The position numbers and the translations under genes are program-made. The notes beneath the pieces were generated by a model. It worked only from the letters and a program-made list of their open reading frames with translations, ran no database searches and was not told the DNA's origin. From Laetmonice hystrix (Eukaryota): 60,000 nt of DNA. This document shows positions 13,031 through 25,245 of the stretch, piece after piece; within the stretch, counting starts at the first letter, position 1, and every line of letters begins with the position of its first letter. The stretch covers positions 5,954,001 through 6,014,000 of the forward strand of contig OZ249436.1 in the NCBI GenBank assembly GCA_965235115.1, given 5' to 3'.

Positions 13031-13072
13031 GGGAATCCCCGCTTGATGTCGCCATAGGGATATGACGTCATA
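13031..13072. promoter_or_regulatory. Putative enhancer module: NF-kB site plus full palindromic CRE
   Basis: GGGAATCCCC (13031-13040) fits GGGRNYYYCC. TATGACGTCATA (13061-13072) is a 12-bp palindrome containing TGACGTCA. Confidence 0.4.
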
Positions 13073-14040
13073 GTGAGGTTTTACCTCATAAAATTACACC
13101 TCAACATTTTTAGTTGACGGTGTGTAAATAGTCAAAATTCTCAAACAAAAGAAAGTTTCTATCCCTTGATTATTATTTCTTCTATTTGATTAGCATATTT
13201 ATTTATTTTTTATTTTTTTATTATTTATATTTTTGGTGACAATAAAGGCCCCCCCCCCCCCAGAGATTTTCACCTTGTAATAACAACGTTAGAGGGAGAG
13301 AGCAGTGTGTATCTTTGTGTATCTTTGTGTATCTTTGCATACACAAAGAGATTTCAACAAACAACACTGACCAGCTGTTATACCGGTTTGGCCACGGGTT
13401 CCGTCAAGTCATCGAAAACAACATCATCTCCAAAATGACGGGCCCTCCAAAACTGTTATATACAATTTATGGTCAACTAAGGCACCAGGTGGCGAGTTAA
13501 AGTACCAAAATGTCCATATAATATAAGTACCGATACATCAGTCTGGTTCTGGTTCTCAGGCGATAATAAAATCTCAAGAAAATAAAACTATTATTTCATA
13601 TTTTGAAACCCCCATAAGTACTCTCTCCGCCTGGTATGTCTTTCATTCCATTAATAACCAAAAAATAAAAAATAAAAATAAAGATATCCACAAAGCTGAG
13701 ACAAACTGAGTATAGTTTATTATACACAGATATAAACACAGTCAGCCTTTATATCTACCCGAATCTCTCGCGGTCATTAAGCCATAAAAATACAATGCCT
13801 AGTGCAGATTTTATGACATAAACTGCGGCTCCAGATATAATGGGTGGTGGAAGCACGTTCCTTCTGGACAGTTTCTTTATGGAGACTCATGTTTTCATGT
13901 CCAGAAGCGATTGGGGGGGGGGGGGGGGGGGGTGGTGTAGGACTTGTAGCGACTGAATTTCTAGGAATTATTTTAAAAGTAAAAAATGGTCCAGACAGGG
14001 TTTAACATCATTACATGGTATTCAAAAACAATATGAATAC

Positions 14041-14569
14041 ATGTTACAGTAACAGCACAATCTACAGCTCTGTTCCCAGGGTGGATGGCGCCCTTTGAGG
14101 GACGATAACCGCACAATGTTACAGTAACAGCACAATCTACAACTCTGTTCCTGTGGTGGATGGCGCCCTTTGAGGGACGATAACCGCACAATGTTACAGT
14201 AACAACACAATCTACAACTCTGTTCCCGTGGTGGATGGCGCCCTTTGAGGGACGATAACCGCACAATGTTACAGTAACAGCACAATCTACAACTCTGTTC
14301 CCGTGGTGGATGGCGCCCTTTGAGGGACGATAACCGCACAATGTTACAGTAACAGCACAATCTACAACTCTGTTCCCGTGGTGGATGGCGCCCTTTGAGG
14401 GACGATAACCGCACAATGTTACAGTAACAGCACAATCTACAACTCTGTTCCCAGGGTAGATGGCGCCCTTTGAGGGACGATAACCGCACAATGTTACAGT
14501 AACAGCACAATCAACAACTCTGTTCCCATGGTAGGTGGCGCCCTTTGAGGGACGATAACCGCACAATGT
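14041..14569. repeat. Minisatellite, 75-bp unit, 7 copies
   Basis: Unit ATGTTACAGTAACAGCACAATCTACAACTCTGTTCCCGTGGTGGATGGCGCCCTTTGAGGGACGATAACCGCACA; no indels seen. Confidence 0.97.
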
Positions 14570-16213
14570 AGGTCACTCGTTAGAACAGTTCTAAGTGCAA
14601 AAGTTTCAGTTTCAAAATAATCGATTCATATAAAAACTCGGGGCGGGGGGGGGGGGGGAGGTGTGGAGTGGAGAGAAAATAGAAAATAAATAGAAAGACT
14701 ATTATTTTCTTTGAACCTGTGAATATTCTGAATGCATGGGCTTTACTTGACCAGAGCGTCAGGAATGGTTGCTGAGCAGTACGTGAGCTAGCAGAAAGGA
14801 TTTATGAAAGAGTTTATATTTGGTTGGATTATTCGGTTACGGTCCTCATACATGGACGCAGACGAAGAACTGTGGCCAGGATCTAGATTATACTATAGTA
14901 GGCACTCCATGGTAACCGGGGACTACATGTTTTATAATATGCTACCTCAAGAATAGATATCCTTATACTCCTCATAGGGAGCTTAGACAGAAACTCATGA
15001 TCAAACTTCAAAGTATTGATGTGTCTTATAGAGATGTCTAAACGTTCTAATCAAGAAAAAAAATCTACCCTGTCGTGGCCACGGAGTCTTCTTCGTCTTT
15101 GCTCAGGATGAGAAGGAGTTGCAATCATACACAGAATTAAGAGAAGATCAAGGGGAAATGAAAATTGAGTGAAAGGTTTCTAACCTTTTTAGTTTTACCT
15201 TTTAAGAAGTAAATAGGAGCCAGAATCAGACCTCACACGTGGAATACTCTCATAATTAAATCCTTTGTAGGCAATGTTAAGTTTGTTTAGGCAACTGAGA
15301 TATCATAAAGAGAACTTCTATTTGAAGACTGGCTATCATCTTTGGGCAGTTGGTCCTGACGCAAATATAGACGAGTCCCAAGTGTAATATTCTGTCGCCG
15401 TTGTGTTTGAGTAACCGGCAGATCAGATTTGAAAACCTGTTGAAACTATGAGATCTCGTCAATTTGTCATTGAATATAGCTTAGAGTCAAAGTTATTCTC
15501 TAAATCACATTTCCGCTAACAGGTCTGACTTTGGTATTTGCATATGTTGCATATTTAGATAATACAATGGGATATAATTCATTTGAGTCAAAAACTTGGA
15601 CAGCTCCGCCTGAGGCGAGACCTTGTATGCAAGACTGTCGTTCTAATAAGTGCATATTGTCCGAGTAAATTTGGGTATTACAATGGGTTATATTTAACGT
15701 TGGTTTCAAGGGCTGACAGCCGTGCCCAGGGCAGGTACTTCGTACATTTGTACCATGATTATAACTTAACTGGTGTTCGTGCCTGTAAATTATGCTCATA
15801 TATTCAACCGTGGTGTCAGTCTTTGACACTCTCGATACATGGATAGTATCACATGCTATCTATTATTTCAAAAAGGTCAGTTTTTACGTTTATATTAAAT
15901 AAACTTTGAATATTTCGAGTCATGTCACTGAATGTTCTGTTGATGGAAAGGTCACTGTTGACAAATGGCTCCAGTGGGATCGTTTCCAAGGTACTGTCCG
16001 AGGTGGTGGTGTTCACCTGTCTGGTGTCCGTGTCAGCCTGACCCCGTGTATGGATGTAGGTGTATTGGTGTAATATATGTACGCCTTTGGCCGCAGTAAC
16101 AGTCTGCTTACCGACCCCTTGCATCAGCCACCGCTGGAATTCCCATCTCCATACGTGTATATTATGAATTGAAGTATTGGTCATTGGTGGTTTGCAAGAT
16201 CCTTCATAGAATG

Positions 16214-16988
16214 GTTGGGGTGATACTGTCTACATTGAATGTTTATATTAAGTCCTGGTCGGTGTTGGGGTGATACTGTCTACATTGAATGTTTATATTA
16301 AGTCCTGGTCGGTGTTGGGGTGATACTGTCTACACTGAATGTTTAAGTCCTGGTCGGTGTTGGGGTGATACTGTCTACACTGAATGTTTAAGTCCTGGTC
16401 GGTGTTGGGGTGATACTGTCTACACTGAATCTTTAAGTCCTGGTCGGTGTTGGGGTGATACTGTCTACACTGAATGTCTATATTAAGTCCTGGTCGGTGT
16501 TGGGGTGATACTGTCTACACTGAATGTCTATATTAAGTCCTGGTCGGTGTTGGGGTGATACTGTCTACACTGAATGTTTATATTAAGTCCTGGTCGGTGT
16601 TGGGGTGATACTGTCTACACTGAATGTTTACATAAGTCATGGTCAGTGTTGGTGTGGGCCGTTTTTTTCTCTCAGTGGAAGTTTATATTTAGTCCTGGTC
16701 AGTGTTGGTGTGGGCCGTTTTTTTCTCTCAATGAATGTTTATATTAAGTCCTGGTCAGTGTTGGTGTGGGCGGTTTTTTTCTCTCAGTGAAAGTTTATAT
16801 TTAGTCCTGGTCAGTGTTAGTGTGGGCGGTTTTTTTCTCTCAGTGAAAGTTTATATTTAGCCCTGGTCAGTGTTGGTGTGGGCCGTTTTTTTCTCTCAGT
16901 GAAAGTTTATATTTAGTCCTGGTCAGTGTTGGTGTGGGCCGTTTTTTCTCTCTCAATGAATGTTTATATTAAGTCCAGGTCGGTGTTG
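16214..16988. repeat. Compound minisatellite: 50/45-bp unit followed by ~55-bp unit
   Basis: Both units share TTTATATTWAGTCCTGGTCRGTGTTGG. The first carries GGTGATACTGTCTACACTGAATG, the second TGTGGGCCG(T)nCTCTCAGTGAAAG. Confidence 0.95.
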
Positions 16989-18800
16989 TCTGCCAGAGGT
17001 TATTGGACTAAGGGGACGGACATTAGTAATGGTGGATGATGAACCTGAGTCGCTGTGTCAAGGGTCGCCCACACTGAAGGGACAGATCATTCATCAAGTG
17101 CCAGACTGGAATATTGATATTGTCCCTGGGTTATGTAGCAGGCGTTTAACCCGCCCACCGCTTATAGTCAGCAGAAAGCCGTCCTGGAAACGTAGCTGGA
17201 AACGTCCGCCCTGGGCCCACTCAGCCACAGTGGTGGGTATATATATCTTGATCGTCTTTTGTCTTTGGTGCCGACGTAAAGCTCGGTTAGATTGTCGGTA
17301 AAAACGGTCCGCCGACAGCCGAGTGAAGTCGGAGACTCTCCCGACGGCCGCCCAAAGTGGAGTGGCCGGGTGCTGTATCCCATAATACATCGTGATGGAG
17401 ATGGCGGTGTTGCGCAGACAAATGCGATGCTGTCAGGTAGGGTTCGGGTGATTGAGGTGGCCAGGAAACACCTTCGTCAGGTGCACACAAGTGATGGGCC
17501 AATTTGGCCAGGGGGCGACCACGGCGCTCTCATGGGGGCCCCGACCTCAGCCAACCAAATGGAGACAAATTGTACAAGCCCCCCTCGGCGCATATGTCAG
17601 TCGCAGTAATGATTACACTACCGCAGCACACCCCGGTCTTTCTGCTAAATTACACTACTCTCCTCCATGCAGTAATATTCACACGCACATTTCGCATGTC
17701 CCAACCTCAGAATATAGGTGTCAACTTTCCAAAATGACCCTCTATGACCGCCATAGAAGAGGGGGATTTTTTCTTTATCCCCTTTGTCCAAGTGTCAGGC
17801 GGTTGGTCATTTGGGGGTGGGTCGAGATTGAAATGATGGGGAAGACGCCGCAGCGAGGTGACATCCTTCAACACCAGCTTCAGGGTAATTGGCCTGAGTG
17901 ATTAACTGTCAGGCGTTCCTCTGACTTCAGTTATTAGGGTGTAGTTTGGTGAGGTATGGCATCTGTCAAGACTGCAGTGCACTGAGTACACAAGGATCAA
18001 CTCTGACTTCCACCTGTCACTCACCACCAAACCACAATTAAAAAGAACTCGCACATCGTCCGCCTTAACATGCCATCATAAAAATTCCTTTAGCTGTAGA
18101 GAAATGACATTTTGACACCATAATTCCCTCCCAGGGAGTAGCAACGACTTGTTAAAGGATTTTCTGATGTTCTCGAGTGGAACGTCGGAGGAGGACCTCA
18201 TGCCCTTGTCATATACTAGCGATCCCAGCAGGTCTATACTTACCAAGGCTAAAGGAAACTTGAAGATGACCTGCTAGAGCAGTGGATTCAGAGGTTCCAA
18301 CCGACCAAGCAGAGATTGGAGGGTGTGCCGCCGGTATATGTGTACTCCATCGTACGATCTTTCTTCAGTCGGAATCCTCATGGTGAGATGACAGGTGTAG
18401 CACAGCGTGACAGTTATAATTCATGGGCCCCACTCTCCATGCCTTTCACCAACCTTTCCGACGAGCTCTTTAAATCATTACGGTGGAAAGTTAGCGCTGA
18501 TATATTTTACAGTAGCATGTAAGAGTTGGCAACACTTGGCCCGCTAAATCAGACAGATCCGGCACTGTCATGACTACCGCCGCTACCCTGGCGTGTCAGG
18601 TGGCCATCACTCATACACAGACCCTGAACTGCCCGCTACCATTCATTTCATACCGCCCCTTCACCCCCCCCCCCCCCACCATCTCCACCGTCTCTCACCA
18701 CCCCCCACCCCCCATCTCTACCTCTCTCGCCACCCGTCTCAAAGAGACCGGCGTGAGAGATGACATTTCAAAAAGTCCCGGCCAGATTGTAGTGACAGAG

Positions 18801-18990
18801 CACGCGTGGTCGTGACGTGAGCGATCGGTCATTGGTGTCCATGCCCGTGGCGGCCAACCCACCCCGTCCCACCCCGTCCCACCCCACCCCACCCCACCCC
18901 ACCCCACACCCCCAACACGGCCACTGGTCACTGCAGTAAACCACAGGATGAGATGGGGGCACCAGCCGCCGCCCCACTGGGTGACGTATA
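18801..18990. promoter_or_regulatory. CpG-rich regulatory-like cluster
   Basis: CACGCGTG (18801), TGACGTGA (18813), ATTGG (18831), a (CCCCA)n tract, CCGCCCC, and TGACGTATA (~18982). Confidence 0.3.
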
Positions 18991-19346
18991 GGGTGGGACA
19001 GAATATATGGCATTTCACGGCAGCGCCGGCTTGGTGGTCAGATTGTGCCGGATATTGTGAGGCCTGTTCTGTGTCAGTGTACTATATGTACTATATGGAC
19101 TGGTCAGCAATCCCATTACATGTTGGCACAGTTCCAGCCGATCAGCGACAACCGTCACATTGGTCAGTCTGATGTGGTCTCCTGGTAGTCTGTGCTCCCC
19201 CTATCTCTGTTCTGGGCAAGAAACAATTAGGATGCAGTCAAGGTAGTTGTCCTCTTTATGGAAATAAAATCAAGGCATGGCTGACCGTCCTTGATCCCCA
19301 CTAAAATCACTGAGCGCTACAACCTGTATGTCAGTATTCTGTTAGG

Positions 19347-20205
19347 GACATCATCAGGTGGCACCTATGGCAGACACAATCAGGTGGCACCTATAGCAGA
19401 CATCATTAGGTGGCACCTAGGGCAGACATCATCAGGTGGCACCTAGGGCAGACATCATCAGGTGGCACCTATAGCAGACATCATTAGGTGGCACCTATAG
19501 CAGACATCATCAGGTTGCACCTATGACAGACACCATCAGGTTGCACCTAGGGCAGACATCATCAGGTGGCACCTATGGCAGACATCAGGTTGCACCTACA
19601 GCAGACATCATCAGGTGGCACTTATGGCAGACATCATCAGGTGGCACCTATGGCAGACAACATCAGGTTGCACCTATGGCAGACATCATCAGGTTGCACC
19701 TATGGCACACATCATCAGGTTGCACCTATGGCAGATACCATCAGGTGCCACCTAGGGCAGACATCATCAGGTGGCACCTAGGGCAGACATCATCAGGTTG
19801 CACCCATGGCAGACATCATCAGGTTGCACCTATGGCAGACATCATCAGATTGCACCTATGGCAGATACCGTCAGGTTGCACCTACAGCAGACATCATCAG
19901 GTTGCACCTATGGCAGACATCATCAGGTTGCACCTATGGCAGACATCATCAGGTTGCACCTATGGCAGTCACCATCAGGTTGCACCTAGGGCAGACATCA
20001 TCAGGTGGCACCTAGGGCAGACACCATCAGGTGGCACCTATATATAGGGCAGACATCATCAGGTGGCATCTATGGCAGACACAATCAGGTGGCACCTATG
20101 GCAGACATCATCAGGTGGTACCTACAGCAGACATCATCAGGTTGCACCTATGGCAGACACCATCAGGTTGCACCTATGACAGATACCATCAGGTTGCACC
20201 TATCA
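19347..20205. repeat. Minisatellite, 26-bp unit, ~33 copies
   Basis: Unit GACATCATCAGGTKGCACCTATGGCA, with internal inverted motif AGGT...ACCT. Confidence 0.97.
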
Positions 20206-21288
20206 GGGACCACGGAACAGCAAACATGGAAGTATGAGCTTAACTTCAGCGTAATTAAATTTGAAATATATCAAAGGTAACAGTTGCTGTTACAGCAGTT
20301 TTATTTGGTAGGATATCATTCTAGCTTTTGTTGTCACATCTACTGACGTAGTTTAACCAACGTGACGTACAATACGTAGACAGTATTGAACGGTTGTAAT
20401 ACGGAAACACAATACATCAGTCAGTGTTGTGTGGTAATATATTAAAACACCTTCATGCCACTGTCACTGAGTGTGTGTTGTGAGTGTGTGTTGATATACG
20501 TCATGTTAGAGTGTCCCACCCGTTAGTGGTACATTCAGCATTGTCTGTGATTGTGAGGGGAAACTAAATGTTGTATTCAATAGAATTCATTCTAGTTTGT
20601 ACCTTAACATCTGTGGACAGGTACATTTAGTGTGGTTTGGCACGATGGATATCTCTTAGAAACAAAACAAAGACTTTTGGAAAGACAGACAATAAGTTAC
20701 ATCATTTCATGGCATGGTTACTGGTGGCCTCAGTTGAAATGTTCATGGTCACTGGTGGGCTCAGTTGAAATGTTCCATGCATTTGGAATGTTTCCATTGT
20801 ACTTTCATACATCGACATCATAAACATCCCTGCTTGGAATGGCCATTGGCACAGACGGACTGACATGAATTATGATGTGTTATTGTCATGTATTATGTAT
20901 CGTATGTGAGCCATAGTTCTCTAACAGTGACCCCCACCACCGTCTTTATACTTCACCCACTGGAGTGTGGATCAATGAAGGACGTTTGGTGAGTCATGGT
21001 CAGGACGGGGCCACGCCTCCTGCCGTCATTGTCGTGACGCTGTCACGGAGTCAGGGATAGATGGGAGACAACCAGTCCAGGGGTGTCCTTGAACAGGAGA
21101 TCTATACCTAGAGTTGCTCTCTCATTAGGTAGACATGATGATAGTCTACTGATACTTGGAAGTGTATCTGTAACAATACGTGCCAGAGTCGTTCGAGTGA
21201 GAACTGGGCTGGGGCCTCGGCACAGGGGATCGTCGCTGTAACCATAGAGTCAGACTCTATGTTGTAGGAAGGCCCACCTTGCCCCACT

Positions 21289-21443
21289 AACCTTACCATT
21301 CATAACTGACCGTACCATTCATGATCCTCAATTACCATTCATGATCCTCAATGACCTACCATTCATGATCCTCAATGACCTTACCATTCATGGTCTTCAT
21401 TAACCTTACCATTCCTTCATTCATACTGACCTTACCATTCATG
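21289..21443. repeat. Degenerate ~20-25-bp tandem repeat
   Basis: TACCATTCATGATCCTCAATGACCT-like units, ~7 copies. Confidence 0.8.
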
Positions 21444-21489
21444 GCTAATATCATGTGACACTTCTATGTGTACATAGACATTTGAAGGA

Positions 21490-21976
21490 TTGGGGTTGAA
21501 CCGGAGGAAACCGAAGAACCCAGGGTAACACTGAACTTACAACAATTAAAGTGGCACCAAAAATTCCTCAACTACTTACCTTTGAACACCAGGGACAGCA
21601 TGCTAAAATTTCAGGTTCGAGCGATAAACAAAAGTATTTTAATAGTGGAGTTATGTTAGGGCTCCGAGTTACCGTTCGGCCCGTCCGTTATTTTCTCACG
21701 CCAGTGCGGGCTGGGAACTAGCGGTACTTTAAATAGTATCACAGAGTATGGCAGCAGAATCGGTGTGGAAGCCAACTGAGACATACTTATCCATTCCGCT
21801 TTTAACATATACTTTCACTTATCGCTCGACCCTGAAATTTGACCATGGTGTCCCTGGGGTTCATAGGTAAGTATCTGAGGAATTTTTGGTGTAACTTTAA
21901 CTGAAAAACTTTCTCACATGATAAGGTACGGAGGAGATTCGAGCCCAGATGTGAGAGACCCTGTGGTCATCTGCCA
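21490..21976 (-). mobile_element. Decayed tRNA-derived SINE (V/Meta-type core), interrupted by a MITE
   Basis: Minus strand: B-box-like GGGCTCGAATCTC (21934-21946), then ATGTGAGAAAGTTTTTCAGTTAA, then CCTGGGTTCTTCGGTTTCCTCC. The last resembles the CCGGGTACTCCGGTTTCCTCC core of invertebrate SINEs as I recall it; not database-checked. Confidence 0.5.
21550..21896. mobile_element. Non-autonomous DNA transposon (MITE), Kolobok-like
   Basis: ~78-bp imperfect TIRs: AGTGGCACCAAAAATTCCTCAACTACTTACCTTTGAACACCAGGGACAGCATGCTAAAATTTCAGGTTCGAGCGATAA versus the reverse complement of 21819-21896. TTAA at 21546-21549 and 21897-21900. Termini AG...CT. Confidence 0.85.
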
Positions 21977-24046
21977 TCCCCCCCCCCCCCACGTCCACAC
22001 ACCCCCACACCCATACACTTAGGCATGTACCCAACATACAATCTTAAACGTCATGGATGCCGCAAAGGTCAACTCGAGCATAATATCAAGGAACTTTCCT
22101 TTTCTAGTCCAAACGGAAAAATAAGATATAACGTATCATAGTTTTTTAAACCCAAATTATAGATAAAAGATCCGGTGGGGTTATTTTTTCGTCTGGAGAA
22201 TGACAGTTATGGTGGTCATTTGTCTTGTACTCTATCATATGACTATAATTTGTCATGTTGGGTATTAGTGTGATAAGAGTGGAGAATGTCAGGCACGGAA
22301 GTGCAATGCGACTTATTGAAGTGGTCAACCGCCCGCCGTCCGACCAATCTAACACCAACTTGATGTCATTCGTCACCCGCCGATTGTAGAGGCGGCTGCC
22401 TTTGAATCTGATAACCCTGACAGCTGACAGTGCACCCAGATAACTCTATCAACCAGTTGGCAAATATTATGACATCCTTCAGTAGTGCAGTAGACAAGCA
22501 TGGTAAACACTCGAGGTTGGCTATGAGTGGCCCTCACCAGGATCTTGACGGTCGTTGGTCGGTGGGCCCACCTCCAACCATACTGGCCCTGATGAATGGC
22601 CAACCTACTTCATGCTACTTCCTCAACCCATTAATGTCACTCAAATCAGACAAAAAAAATAACAAAACACGCTTTTTACGCTATGTGAGCTTAGTACGAG
22701 GGGGTGGGGTAAGTTGTCTGTGCTGTTTCTCAGTCTTTGATCTTTCCATTCAATAGCCAGCCGTGGGTGCAGCCTCTCTCAACAAAATACATTTCAACAC
22801 CGATTGTTAGTCTGTCACTGCCGAAGGTGCTTGACAAGGTCCTGCTGGACGCCGGTTGTTGCTGACGATTGTAATTCCTATAATACACGGCATTGTGTGC
22901 GAGGTACACGTCCGCTAAGTAAAGGAGTGCCCAGTCCTGTCATCGGCTCTCGTACCCAACATATAAAGTGAAACTTGGAGAGTGCTTCAAATTGCGGCAC
23001 ACAGCGGATGCCGGGGTGGTGTTCGGCTGTCAGAGGTCTGACCTCGGTCCAGTGTTGTGGTGTCCTGGGTTAGCACTCCTTCAGTTCTGATATCACAGCG
23101 GTTCGCGATCAAACACAACCAGCAGATAAAACTGAGCGCGGAGATCAGACTGACTGACCGACCCACTCAGTGGGAATGTCATCCCAACAACCTCGGGAAG
23201 TTAATGGATACATCCTGCTTGATTCTTGTGGTGGCAGGCGGGGGAGGGGGTGAATTTACACTTGGTAACACTGGATAAACCACTCAGCACTATAATGACA
23301 GGGATGAGGACTTCAACCCCCTCCCTCATTCCAACACCAAACAAGGTCTCTTGTAACTTCTCGCTCCTTGAACACAAACTCTAACGGGAACCGTACTTCC
23401 AATATTACCTAGCTCTCCCCCAAACAAATCCATTTCATGCTGAATGACTTCTAGAACTTTTTAAAGCCACATTATCGGTAGTTAATTCAAGGCAAGTAGA
23501 CTTTTATAACTAGTTTCAAATCCCTCCAAGCAATGTCCTGCTATATCCTTGAGGACAACTGAAGTGCCCATTTGGGACAGCAATTAGACTTAGAGTCTGG
23601 GACTACCTGCCGGGACTTGAACATACTCTGTGAGCTCTCAGTGAATTAGAGTGGTCATTACCCGGCCAGTTTGTCGTTTATCAAAGGATCGCCTGTCCAC
23701 TACACCCAGACTCGGCTCAGTGAGAAGGAGTTGAGAACCTAGAGGTGAGAGGGAGATCACAGCCCGCCGACCCAGGTGCTCCACAACGGGCCTGTTTGAG
23801 CGCTGTTCAGGGGACAGAATTGTGTAATCAGTTTAAGCGCAGGGACATTTTGAAGCAGTGGGGTGCTGCCCTGAGGGCAGGCTTAGATCTGCAGTTCCAC
23901 TTCGCGCCCTTGGAACACGAAGGGGTTCTTCTATTTTAGTATACGTCGAATTTCAGTCTTCAGCCGTCAGAAATGTCTGGCACACATGTGTCACCATGGA
24001 AGTGGACCTTTCATATCACGTAAAAAAGGTTGCCACATTCTGCCTG

Positions 24047-24092
24047 TGTATATGGCGCCTTCATGTATATGGCGCCTTCATGTATATGGCGC
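24047..24092. repeat. 17-bp unit x ~3
   Basis: TGTATATGGCGCCTTCA repeated. Confidence 0.85.
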
Positions 24093-25245
24093 ATTCGCTC
24101 ATGTACCACGTGGCGAGAGAAGCTCACCTGCGGTTTAACAAATACCCGTGTGTGTCTGAGAAACTGCTGGGTGTCAACACCAAACCCGTACACATACTCT
24201 ACTCAAAGGTCAACAACCAGGTGGGATTCAACGATTCCAGTGTTGATGCAAATAATTTTTGTGAACAATTATAGTAGGTTAAACTGGCTGCAGATGTGGA
24301 AGACATGTTACCCAGACACGGTGCTAACGGCTGCAAGGATGTAAGAATTTGCTCTGCCCCACCCACATATCTGCTCAGGGAGGTGAGAGGAATCCAAGTG
24401 TGAGCAGCGGAAAGCGAGCGTGCCTGCTGTCTACCTACATGTAAAACCTTTCAATTCCACATGTCCCAATCGGTGATTTATGACTCTGTTATGACTTTTG
24501 TATTAGTTCCGCTGCCGTGGTTTTTAGTTTCGTTTCTCATTTATCACTGTCACGTCTGCCTTGTTTTCAAGTCCAGACTTCATAGTAACCGTCGCTTGTC
24601 AATCAGGGTCGTCCCCCCTACTGCCCCCCTGTGAGGGCCCCTTCTGTCAGTCAGCCTAGAGGGGTGCACACCCATGTATCTCCCCTAGAGACAGGATTTA
24701 TTTTCCCAACTTGCCCTTCTCATTTATCCCAGCGTTTGGATACTGTTTTAAAGGTACACTGTCGACAGGTTATTGACAGTAAGCCCCACACTGCCTGTCC
24801 TGACACTGACAGTGGTGGCAGTTTCTAAACTACACTGACAGCTGCACCAACTTCTAAAGATTGAATTTTACAGGTTTTGAATATCAGAATTCCATTCCTA
24901 ACTGTCATATACCACCGGAATGATGGGAGTTGGCTTTTACACCTTTAGCATTATTAGAAGGCCATACATTATGAATTCATTGCCCTCAGAAACAGATGGT
25001 TTTCATTCATGTCAACTGAGGCCTCTGTTAGATAATGTCAGAATATCTTAGCACAACATGTCAAGTGGGTTGGCTACCGTGGAGAGTAAGATTATATAGT
25101 CCTGCTCAAGTTGAGAGACTTGATATATTGTAAAGGACTTGTATTAGGAGCACGTGCCAACTCAAGTCACCCATCCTTAGAGCTGTCAGCTTTCCTTTCC
25201 AAACTGAGAAACTGAAAAGGTCACACAAGTTTCCTCAGCCACTCT

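Noticed and set aside
13973..14566. Cys/His-containing repeat ORFs from the 75-bp array
   Set aside because: No ATG, signal peptide or splice context; two frames are open simply because the unit is stop-free.
15849..16037. Possible terminal exon (..STLETIPLEPFVNSDLSINRTFSDM..IIDSM*) on minus
   Set aside because: The acceptor lacks a pyrimidine tract and no homology was recognised; it cannot be supported without RNA data.
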